A DNA stretch of 64,000 nucleotides from Microbotryum violaceum (lineage: Eukaryota), in assembly GCA_001244265.2 (NCBI GenBank), contig CDLV01000015.1:744001-808000 (forward strand), in the 5' to 3' direction. The stretch's first letter is position 1; the number at the start of each line of letters is the position of its first letter. Both the position numbers and the translations under genes were made by a program. Shown in pieces: positions 50,001 through 61,343 of the stretch. The notes beneath the pieces are model-generated. The model ran no database searches and had not been told where the DNA came from. It was given only the letters and a program-made list of their open reading frames with translations.

Positions 50001-51898
50001 CCTTCATTCACGCGATGACACCGATCACGGAACGAACGGGCGAGTACACGGCTTTCAGTTCGTTGTCGACGAGTCAAAGGTCGAGGAGGGATTCGGCGTT
50101 CCCTGCTACGGTTGAAGAGGACGAGGATGAGACCGATTCGGAACCTAGTACTGGGGATGACGAGGAAGAAGAGGAGGAAGGTGAAGTGGCAAATCAGGCT
50201 TTCGAAGGGTTCTTAGGCGGTGCGGCGCAGCCTGAGGAGGAGGATGACTCGACTTCGAATAGCAGTCGGACTACTTCGTCAGAGGACGAGGAAGAGCAAA
50301 TGGCGCCTTCAAGACACGTCTCGATGGCTCCGTCACTCTTTGAGGTTCCTGTCGAGGCACCGCAGGAGTGGCGTCGACCGTCGTTGGTCGGGAAGGAAAC
50401 GAATCTACCCAAGACGAGCAGTGGTCGCCCCTCGACGGAAAACTCGTACGATGCGTCGGTCAATACTTCGCTGCCTGAGGGATTGGCCCTCACGGGCAAT
50501 CGGACTGGCATGACGACTGGGAAGGTTGTTGATTCGACGACTCGCTCGTCCCTCGTCTCGACCTCATCACTCGCTCCGATCGACCCCTGGTCCGACGCCG
50601 CGATCGCCCAAGCCGTCGCCGCCGCCGACCCACCCATCTTCTCGCACCCGAACGTCCGTGATCGAACAACACTCTCGATCAAGAACCTCCCGCAACTCCA
50701 AAAAGCGGCCAAGAAGCGCGAAGGGAAGAACAAATCCAAAGACCGAACCGGCACTTTCGACGAAGTATGGGAATTCCGTCTCGACGATCAAACCTACCCC
50801 GTCCGAGCCAAATTAGGTGAAGGCGCTTTTGGTTCCGTCTTCCGAGTTGCGATGCCCACCGCTTCAGATGATGATCCGGACGCTTCATTCGATTACGATG
50901 CGGAAGAGACGACTATGGCGGTCAAGATTGAACGGCCGACGAATTTGTGGGAATTTCATATTCTCGATCGATTACATTCCCGTTTGGACGAAAGGGTCAG
51001 GAGGAGTGTTGTCGCTGCGAGTCGATTGGACGCTTATGCCGATGAATCGTACCTCTTCCTCGACGTGTGCACGCAAGGGTCCTTACTCGATGCAGTTAAT
51101 AACGCCAATGAATTGGGCATCGCACCCGCGACAGGAGGTGTCGCACAGGGAGTGGACGAGATCCTAGCTATGTTCTTCGTCGTCGAATTGTTGCGCACAC
51201 TAGAAGGCTTCCATCGAGCAGGGTTCGTGCATGGTGATCTCAAGATCGACAATTGTCTCGTTCGACTCGAAGACGTTCCCAATCCCGCTCGTAACTGGTC
51301 CTCGCGCTTCGACCGAACAGGTGCAGGAGCATGGAATGCCAAAGGTCTCAAATTGATCGATTTTGGACGTACACTCGACCTTTCCACTTACCCCGAGGGA
51401 CAGACATTCATTTGTTCTTTCCAAGCCGATCAAGGGGATTGTTTGGAGATGAGGGAACGAGAGGCGTGGACGTTTGAACCGGATTATTTCGGAGCGGCGG
51501 GTATCGCTTTCACTTTGTTGTTTGGCAAACCGATCGAAACGCGTTTGGTCGGCGGGGAAGGTACGAAACGACAAGTTATTGACCAACCTTTTAGGAGGTA
51601 TCACCAAGTCGACTTGTGGACGCAGATGTTTGAGGCGTTGTTGAACCCTCGTTTGGTGAAAGGGTTGGGGGGCAGGTTACCAATCACGGAAGAGGTGGGG
51701 AGGATTAGGGGGATGATGGAGGATTGGTTGGAGATGAATTCCGAGAAGAATGGCAAGAGCTTGAAGAAGATGATCAAGGATATGTGAGTACTGCCTTTCA
51801 AACTTGAATCGCATCTGATGGCTTGTCGGAGGACTGATTGGCTTGCCTTCTTTGCGTCTGCTTTTCTTCTCACCAGAATGAAAGCCTCGCTTCAATGA
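47056..51898 (+). CDS. BUB1: Spindle checkpoint kinase Bub1/BubR1 (Mad3-Bub1)
   Basis: KEN box (AAKENILPLASGRSA), Mad3/Bub1 TPR region (DPLDV, YRNDPRYLRLW), second KEN, GLEBS-like EVSFEEL, and kinase domain (LGEGAFGSV, HGDLKIDN, LIDFG). Confidence 0.95.
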
Positions 51899-52632
51899 TG
51901 ATTTTGCGGGTTCAGATGCTTACTCGCTTTTGTTTTTCGATACGCACAACTTAGTTCGATCCCTATTACTGTATGACGATGAAATAAACACCTTTGATAC
52001 CTCGAAACTCTCTTTTGCTCGGTGTAGCCGGCCCACTTAGCAGCGTTCGACGGTCCCAGAGTGTGGCAAGGAAGTCGCCAGGCCAAACCAGCCTGGAAGT
52101 AAACGAAGAAGAATGTGAGCCTGCTTCGCGTTACTAGCCCGTGCCCTTGGACAGCTAATACGCGCTTTCTGCAATGATTAGATGGACCAAGTATAGGGTC
52201 GCAAGATTATGAGGTCCGCCTGAAAAGTTTGTCTCGCCTGCCGTTTGGGTGACTACGTTGTGGGCAGTAAGGTTATGAAGGTTCTTGATCTGCACCATCA
52301 TAATGATATCACCCCTTCGTTCTAACTATTTGCCTCTACGCTCAAGATTGCGTACTTCACGGCATAAGCAAATTGGAGTCAATGCGTCCTCAGCTGATGA
52401 TACATCTGACCCATCTTCATCAAAATGGTGTAAGGTCGCGAGAGAACATAGGTAAGGAACGAGATTTGTTTTTTGTGTGTAAAACAAGAGGGTATGTAAA
52501 ACGTCGGAAGAGCTAAAAGGACGAAAAACAAGAAACAAAAAAACGAATAACAAGGTAAGAACCAATGCGACGTCAACCCCCCCCCCCCCCTTTCCCCAAC
52601 CATCCTCGACGAAAACCTACAACCTAGAACTC

Positions 52633-55061
52633 TTAAGCGCTTCCCGGTACCTCGATATTGAACTCCTGCAACGCGTTCGCCTTTGCCCAATTCCTCGCAA
52701 AGATCGAAGCCTTTAGGAACTTCTTATTCGCATACTTTTTGTAAACGAACTTGTGATCGAAATCGGTCGCGACGATGGATTCGAGGAGGAATCCCGTGGG
52801 TACGAATAGTTGAGGTTCGGTGTAGCTGGAGTAATAGATGAAGGATTCGTTCTGGGGGTCATCAAAAACAAAGGGGATGAGTTCGTCGAGCTCTGGGGAA
52901 CGTACGCGTGCAAAGACGGTCGTTAAGACTTACCCAATCGCCACCCAACATCCTCCTAGCAAGGTACATCCCAATCGCAGCAATCATACTCGGTTTGGCC
53001 CTCAAGAATCGATGATCCAACAATGTAACCTCCATGAGGAACTTGCTCAACGTTCTGGTCTGCAAGTCGTAATCATCCGCTTTCGAAATCCTCCTCACCC
53101 ATGAATAAGGCGAACAGTACGGAGAGATGTTGAATTCGAGGGATTGGAGAATGATCCTCTCCCCTTTAAGGATCTCGTCCCGGGTATATCCGGACTCGGT
53201 CATAAAGACGAATTCTTCGACGGAAGGGGCGAGGATCTCTTCGTATTTGGCTGCGATGAACATGGCTGTGACACCAACGAGTTGAAATTTGACCAATGAG
53301 ACGACGCGGTTCGACAGGAAGCGATCGATGATGTTGATGGCTATCCAGAGCGTTTCGGGAAGCATGTGGTAGCGCATGTGCACTTGGAGAAGCCAGTCGA
53401 TCAAAGTTGTTCGCATTGGCCTGGAGCAAGGATTGGTACCGGTGTGAGTTCATTCCTAGGTCCGGTGGGGCAGACTCGAAAGAGGAGACTTGGGACTGAC
53501 CATTCGATCTCGCTTTGATGATCCATGTAACGAGGGTTGGGCATGCACGTCTCCTATACGCTCACCGCCAATGAAGTAGTCAGTCAGCGTTACCCAATCT
53601 CACAGAGACTCCCTCCTCGAGACAGCGACATACCTCCAGTTCGGACATGTAAGCAAAAATCTCATCCGAGTACTCGGCGACCATAGTTGTATCCCAAAAA
53701 TCGACTTGTTCATCAAACTCGCGACGAATCAAATCCAGTACTTTTTCCGATTCGATCTCGTCCTCCTGATCGACATTACGGACCCAATCCTCGGGATCCA
53801 TCACTTCATCTTCGTCTTCCCCTTCTTGATCGTATTCCTCTTCGTCGATCTCGAGATTATCGGGGCAAAGCCCGCCGTTCTCGTGATCGATTAGAGCTTC
53901 GGTCTCCTCGTCTTCGTCTTCGAGGTCGAGATGGTGGCCTTGTTTGAGCGAATTACTCATTGAAGGACTGGACATCATCGAAGGGAACGAATGGCCATTC
54001 GTCTCGATCCCCAGACCGAACGAAGCACCATTCGATCCAGAAGCATGGTGGTTGGAGCCTTCGGCCCCCCAAGCGCCATTCCATTCCGCACCTCTCAAAG
54101 CTCCACCGGGGGCCTTCAACCCTACCACAGGAGGTTCCGCAGGTACGGCGCTGGGGACTCGACGAGCTTTACTCGGACCTCCCACAGCGACGTTACCCGA
54201 ACCGATGCGTAATCGAGAGAGGCCTGTTCCCGTTGAGGAAGGGGGTTGAGGAACCGTTTGGGCTTGTTGGGATAAGGGGACCGAACTGGTTCGTGTTCGA
54301 GAGGTACCGCCGACGGTGGTGGGTTTACCTGCTACGCCGAGCGATAACGAATCTTTGGATGTTCGATCGGCGTTCGCCTGTGTACAGTAGAATGATCGTC
54401 AGCGGGTTGTGGTGCATAAGGATCGAGTTGGGTGATGAACTGAACTGACGCGACTTGCAGCCCCCGTGGCGTTGGATACGTCACCCAACGCTCGTCGAGG
54501 TTGACCGACGGTGCTGTTCGACGAGGCTTTCCCGGGTCCATGACCGTTCGTCGCACCGAGTACGGATTTGGCAGTACCGACGGCTGCACCAGCGACACGC
54601 AACGAGATGGTGGACGACTTGCCGGCCAATCGAGGTGCTTGGGCAGCGGCGAGGGAGGAAGCGGCGTTCTCGTCCCCAAAGCCGGAGACGGCGACACGTA
54701 CGGCTCGACGCGGTTTATTCAAGGGCTGTTTGTGGGTGTATTGTGTGTTGGATGGATTGAGAGTCGGATTGAGATCGGCGATCGACGTTGGCCAAGGAAG
54801 AAAAGGAGAGAGCGCGGGTCAGCATGTTTGGTCATTTCGCGCTCTCGCGTGCGGAGGCAGTGCCGCAAGTCATCCCAGAAAGTGAATGCAGTAAATCATC
54901 AGAAAAAAAGATATGGTGATGGTGTGGATTGACCGTTGACCCAGGATGTGCCTGGCACGCGAGGATGGATGGTACGCGATGGTGTTTCGCGTGGAGGGAG
55001 GGGCTTGCAGCGTCGAGTAGACCGATCGACGAACCTTGGTTTGCGGTGGCTGCGACGTCAT
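52633..55061 (-). CDS. B-type (G2/M) cyclin
   Basis: D-box RRALGDVSN, MVAEYSDEIFAYM, cyclin box MRTTLIDWLLQVHMRYHMLPETL...FIAAKYEE and VYKKYANKKFLKAS. Confidence 0.95.
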
Positions 55062-55937
55062 GATGCACGCGGACGAGACAAGAGACGCGTGACGGTGCAC
55101 GGTGTACGGGGCCGAGTGATAAGCCCAACTATCGAGGATGTGCTTTCGACGACCTGCGGGCGCTGTCTGTTGGGACGGTGCGAACGAGGCGATCGGATCG
55201 GATGACTTGACTAGCGCGGCGAGACGGCGACGGCGGCTGGGACTGAACAGGCGTTTAGGGGGGAGCGCCAAACAAGCGGCGCGGGAAGACGGCGACGAGC
55301 TCGAGTCGGGGAAAAGACACCGAGTAACGCCGAAACAAACAACGAGCACAACGGCGACGATGGACGGGGTGAGATGCGCCCGGGAACTGGTCGAGGTGGG
55401 ACGAGATGGGAGGTAAACCAAGTAGGGCGGCGCAAGTGGGTATGTGGGTGTGTGGGTGTGAAAGGGAGCAGAAGCACACCGTTTCAGAATGCCGTAGTTG
55501 ACTGATGCCGCCTCGCCCTGGCTGAGAATGGCACACGCGCGCGCCAACGCGGACTCGCACGGACCCATCGCATTCCTTCGAGCGAGCGACGCGATGACGA
55601 GTCGATTATCTTTCGAATTGACTTCACGACCTGTGTGGCGCGCGTCAGGTCGGGCGGGCTTCGAAGCGAGCTCGGGTCTCAGATCTCAGATCTCAAATCT
55701 CAGGTCGGACCCTCTTCTCTCTCGCTGTGCGCCACACCTCAACCTGACCTCCCCTGTTGATGTTTCAGGACGGACACAACGACAATGTCACAAACATGAT
55801 TAACGAGGTAGGCACCAGTCTTCTCCGCCTCCTCGCAGAACGGGTATCGCCACTCTGCGGACACCCCGGACTGACCTGTCTCACTGCATGGCCGTACACC
55901 CACCGCTCACCGCACTCGATAGACTCAAGACGCACGA

Positions 55938-58613
55938 ATGGATGCCATCTCGGACTATGGAGACGAGCTCGCATGGGACGACGAGGTGGTAGCCAGTCAA
56001 TTGGACGTGATCGAGTCCTCCATCGGCGCGGCCCCACTTGATGCGACCCAGCCGACACCAACACCACCTCGGGATATGCCCACCGTCGAGATTCAAGTCG
56101 AGAACACGACGGATCAAATACCACTGGACCCTCAAGTGAACATCGTCATCGACCAAGCGTATGAGCAAGCCCTGGCGGAAGCGATGGACGACTTGAATGG
56201 AGTCTACGAAGCGAGCGATGCTAGGAGCTTATGGTGAGCCGATCAACACGCTCTCTCTCAGAAAATGACATCATCAAGATCTTGCTCAATCACTCCTCCC
56301 ACCCCGTAGGGAACGATATCGCAAACGACGAGGATGGGGTGCGCTGAGCGTCACTGATTTGGTGGCACCGAGCTGGTGCGAGGTCGGTTCTTGTCTGACC
56401 AAGATCAGCAGAGCAACTTACTAGAGCACTGATGCAAGCTCTGTCTGAGCTGATCTAGTATCAACACACCTACCGACTCGCCTCTAAATCCTACCTACCC
56501 CCACTCGAACGTCCTGCCGAGATCCTCTCCAAGTTAGGCGCGACCATCACTATCGACCGTACTCGAACCGTCGCCAGGGAGAAAATCCTCGACGGGGGTA
56601 AAGCCGTTCACCTCAAGATTGAGAAACAAGTCATGGGGGACGTCGAACCCGTCAAAGTGGATGTAGCTGGAAAGGAAGAATGGTGGGCGCTGAGGTTTCT
56701 AAACACGATCGTGTGCTTGGAGACGCTGGTCCAAACGGGAAGGACGGTGAGTTTTACTCTCGAGATCCTGGGTGATTGAAATGAGTCCCTGATCCTTGTG
56801 GTCGACGCTCACAGCGCGAAATCCCTGTGACGGGGTTTGTGGGCGAGTTCCTCGTTTCTGGCGTCATTGATGAGGTCGAGCGACGAGAGATCAAGTCGAA
56901 GCCTGCGATGAGCGAACCCAAAACACCGTCAAAGCCACAAATCCCGTCGAGCATTCGAACAAAGAAAGCCGGAGCTAAACCCGAGGTCGATACATTTCAG
57001 CGCAAAATCGAAACTTTCTTCAAATCACCGTCGTCATCGAGCAAAACATGGCCAAATCCTCCCGTGGCCGATCCGGCAATGCCTTCGACACCCCCGGCTG
57101 AGAACCCCTCGTCTAGGTGGGGTTACATCATGAGTGATACCAAAACTCGGTGAGGTTGAAGTGTGAAACAATCGAGCGATATACCCGTCATTTACTGATG
57201 ACAGTTCCCACTGATCATGACCCCTTAGCAAAACACCGACTTTGCCCTATGAATCCGAATCCAAGGCCAGTCGACTTCAACTGATGCTTTACCACCGTCT
57301 TTTGACCTCTCTACTACTCAAGTCCACTCCTCGATCGGAAAACACACCACTCGATCCAAGCCCTTCGACGCGGGGTGATCAAGCGTTCGATTGGTCACGC
57401 CTTTACGCTCATCTTTCACTTGATCCGAATGTCGAGTTTGGGCAGGCCTTCGTACGATCCATCGAGCCGATTCTGGGAGGGTTGTCGATTCAGGAATTCA
57501 GACCTAGGACTTTGAGGGAGGTGGTAAAGGGGTTGCAGTATTTTGGGGAGATGATGAGTCCTTCGAATACGGGGAAAGGCTTCTTGGAGAACTGTTTGGA
57601 GATCAACTACGTCATGAGGGAGAAGGGGCGACGTTGGGGATGGAAGAAGAGAGAGAGGGTAGGGAGGAGGAGGAGGGACCTGAAGGAGGAGGACGATAGG
57701 GTGGAGACGGCGATAAGGGAGAGCTTGGACGGGGCCACGGATACGGATCAGAGGGAGGCGTTGGAGTTGGAGAGGGCTTTGGAGATGAGCTTGGAGGACA
57801 GAGAGGGGACGGGTGTGAAGGGGCTGGGAGGGATTGGGGCGAGAGAGGAAAGTCAGGTGGACACGAAACACGAAGTACCGATTGTTTCTGACGTTGGGAT
57901 GTTGGATAACACGCTTGCACTCTCGATGCTCGAGGAAGCGTCAAAATCGGAGGATGCGATGGCGATGGAAGTGGACCAAGGCACTTCGATCGATTCAGGT
58001 ACATTGGGGATCAGGACGGTTCCGTTGGTAGAAGTGGAAGTTGGACCGAGGTACAACCTTCGTCGGGGGCGCAATCCTTCGGGAACATTAGTTTCTGAAG
58101 TTGTCGAGAAAGAAAAGGAGATGGTGATATCGTCACTCCCTTCCTCGCCTGTGCCGAAGTTCTCAAATCTTACTTCCTCTAACCCCATCGAAGACCAAGA
58201 CAAACCCGACGAACATCTCGACGAAGGAACAACCATCGGCACGCACCGTTTCAAGAACGAACCCCTCGAACTGGACGCTTGGTTGGAGCACGTAATGGGG
58301 TATTGGAATGGAACGAGGGAGGCGGAAGGGGTCGATGTGAGGCAGACGAATCGCTGTCGGTGAGCTGAATTGCTTTGGGGGTGACTTTGGAGGCGGGCTC
58401 GTGACTGATAGGTTGGGAGTTTGTGTGCAGGAATTGCGAATTCGAGGACGATTGTGAATGGTTAAAGATCAAGTCGGAGGTCCGTCAACTTGTTCTCAGA
58501 GCTGATTTTAAGGCATCTTTCTGACGATACTGTGTTCTTGATTTGTGTCATAGGAGGCCCTCGCAGCATCGCGCCAGAAGAGGCGCAAACTGGAAGAAGG
58601 AAACTCGAAGTAA
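55938..58613 (+). CDS. EXO5: Exonuclease V (Exo5/Dem1), Fe-S PD-(D/E)xK nuclease
   Basis: LSVTDLVAPSWCE, GKAVHLKIE, REIPVTG...VSGVIDE, SDTKTR, LQLMLY and C-terminal CRNCEFEDDCEW cysteines. Confidence 0.92.
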
Positions 58614-59395
58614 AACCTCGGTTATGTAGCGTTTCTATCATTATCGTCATGTTGTGTACGACTACGCAAGGTTAAATTACTACCCATCTGTTTGCAAGGA
58701 CAGATGGATTAGTCAGAATGCTGTGCATGTCGTATCTCGGTGTTTTGCCGGCGTCCGAGTCGCAGCCCGTTGCATAGTCGGCAGGTCTGAGTGAGTCTAG
58801 AATGCCGATAAAGGAGCACGATTTGGGATTTGGGCATTCCGGCGACTCTTGTCGGTTTCTGCACAGCACAGCGACTGTTGAACGAGCCGCTGTCAGCTTC
58901 GGCTTCAGACAACGACTTCGAACCCTGAGCCAATCGCTCTCGATAGCGCCCGAGTTGGTTGCGACGGACGTCCGCGCGCGCACGCACGGTCGAGCATTCA
59001 CCCGGCCGCGCTTGTTTAAGCGCTCAAATTGGCTTCTCGGCGAGTGGCTGTATAAGAAGGACGGCGCATCGCATTTGACTCGGAACTCAGTGTAGTTGAA
59101 GAAGCTCGGGTGGGCGATCTCTCTCTCGTTTTTTTTGAGCGGTGTGCGGCCTTTGGCACCCGTCCTGTGGCAGCTCGAGCAGACCAACGCACGGCGGGTC
59201 CCCGCTGCGCACTAATGTGAACCGGCGACTGCCGGCTTGTTATACGGATTTTCACATGGGTTCGAATCATGAGGGTAGTATGAATACGATCTGAGGAGGA
59301 TCACTTCTTGTTCTCCTATACATCACTGCCATCTCTCCCTTTCCTCATCCTTGCCACACTCCCTTTACCCTTCACTCCTTTCGACGACGCCCAGT

Positions 59396-60671
59396 ATGAA
59401 GGTCGTCGCTCGCGTTCAGTACTTGCTCCTTCTCGGAGCTCTCGGTCTCGCTTCGGCGACAATAACCGAGGATTAGGAGGGGATACTGCAGAAGCGGTGC
59501 TTGGTACGTCTAATTATTCTTCATCCTATTAACGATCCATCACCGACCCTGTCTTTGTCGTGCGTAGCTCCTCCCCGGCGGCCTCCTCGGCCTCGGTGCC
59601 GGGGGTCTCGTCAGTAACGTCCTCAACACCGCTGGCAGTGTCCTGGGAACCATCGCTTCCTTGGGTACCGGCGTTTCCTTGAATGGTGGTCTTAACGTTG
59701 GGGCTAGGTGCCCGGTGACTTTCAACTGTGATGGTCAGTCTTCCAACATCTGATATCCATTGGCTGGGAGACTGATGTGCCTTGATTGTCGGAAAAAAAG
59801 GCTCGGGTAACGACGGTTACAACTACGACGTCAACGGCAATAGCTGCCCTTCTTACTTCCCCTCTTCCGGATGGAAATATTACGGAGTGTAAGTCTCCCA
59901 ATCTCCTCCCGACTCCAAATTCACATAATTCATCTTCGCTCCATTCTCGAAACATCATAGCAATGACGGCTGGCAACCCTCCCCTTCATTCAACCCCCCT
60001 CCTTCCTGGACCCCTCCTCCATAATGGCAGAGGACCAAGTGCACGTGGTGGAAGAGCTCCAGTGGAGGTTCGACTTCAGGGGGTTCGTACCCTTCCTCCG
60101 GCTACCCTTCTTCCGGCTCGCCAGCCTCCGGCCCTCCCCCGGCCCCCCCCCCCCCTCCGACTCGGGAAACTGGGAACAACCCGGACAACCCGGAAAACCC
60201 GGTCAGCCCGGTCAACCAGGTCAACCCGGTCAACCTGGGCAATTGGGAGGTTCGGGGGGTAATTATGGGCATCATGGACATCATGGACATCATAAGCACA
60301 AGAACGGCGGTGGAGGTAAAGGAGGTAAAGGCGGAAGTGGTGGTGGTGGTGGTGCCGGTCAGTCACCAACTCTTTAAGAGCTTTCTAAAGTTGGAAGCTT
60401 ATTGGCATGGTGACTGTGAACCCCGTTCTTGCAGGAGGCGCTGGTGGCGCTGGCGGAGGAGGCGGCGGCGGAGGTGGAGGTGGTGGTGAGTCAGCCTGCA
60501 TCTACAGATTCCGCGTTTTGGACAACGAACTGAACTTTCTTTCGGCCCTTTCTTTCAGGAGGTGGAGGCGGAGGTGGTGGCTCTTACGACGACTGCGAGA
60601 AGTGCAAGAAGGAATGCTACAAGCGCTTCGCCAAGCACCGAAGGTCGCAACGCCTCCAGGCCGACCATTGA
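59396..60671 (+). pseudogene. Disrupted paralog of the secreted CLLLPG-module family
   Basis: Signal MKVVARVQYLLLLGAL, QKR|CLLLPGGLLGLG and one full module with the same introns. In-frame TAG at 59474, TAA at 60022, and a frameshift in the C-tract near 60130-60157. Confidence 0.85.
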
Positions 60672-61343
60672 TCCTGCTCAACCGTCGAGCTCGTCTGTTC
60701 CAATCTACTCCCATAGACAATTATCTTCTCAGAACGTTCCAACACTCCGCGCAACTCGTATCCTTTCCTCGCCTCTTTTATCATTCCCCATTTATCCTTT
60801 CTTTCTCCCATTCCCTGGCATGGTTTCTTTCTCCTATTCCCCATCCCTAGGTCTCGTTGACTGATTCCCAACCCCTTTCAAAGTGGCGATTTTTTTGTTG
60901 TGGCTTCGACTTGCTTCTTCAGTTCGATTGGAAACTACTTTGTTATTTTAGTGCAATCAAATCTCTGATACTTCGCTACCCATATATTCTCGAGACGGTT
61001 GCGCAGTCGTTGTCGCCTCCTGGCTCGAAGTCGACGAGATCCGAGATCGCGACGGTCGACAACAAGATGAACGATCAATCATCAAGAGTCCTAGATGTAC
61101 GATGTAGAAGAGTTCATTTCTCGAGGTACACTAATACTGTAGTAGCGAATTGGAATGCGCTCCAGCTCGAGGTTCGAGTTTTCGGTGAAGCCTCCCGGCC
61201 GATGGGGTCCGAGCGGAAGGCCACGATTTCGGGCGTTTCGATCGATCGAAAGAGATCGGCGACAACCGAGCCCGCGGTCGGCTTCCGAGTTGTCATTTGC
61301 CTTTGCTGTCCCGGCGCGTACGATCTTGATCGACGCCAACGGT

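Noticed and set aside
59474-60024. TAA/TAG reassigned to Gln (alternative genetic code)
   Set aside because: Conserved genes in the window (RPN13, cyclin, NEDD8, Yip1) end normally at TAA/TAG.
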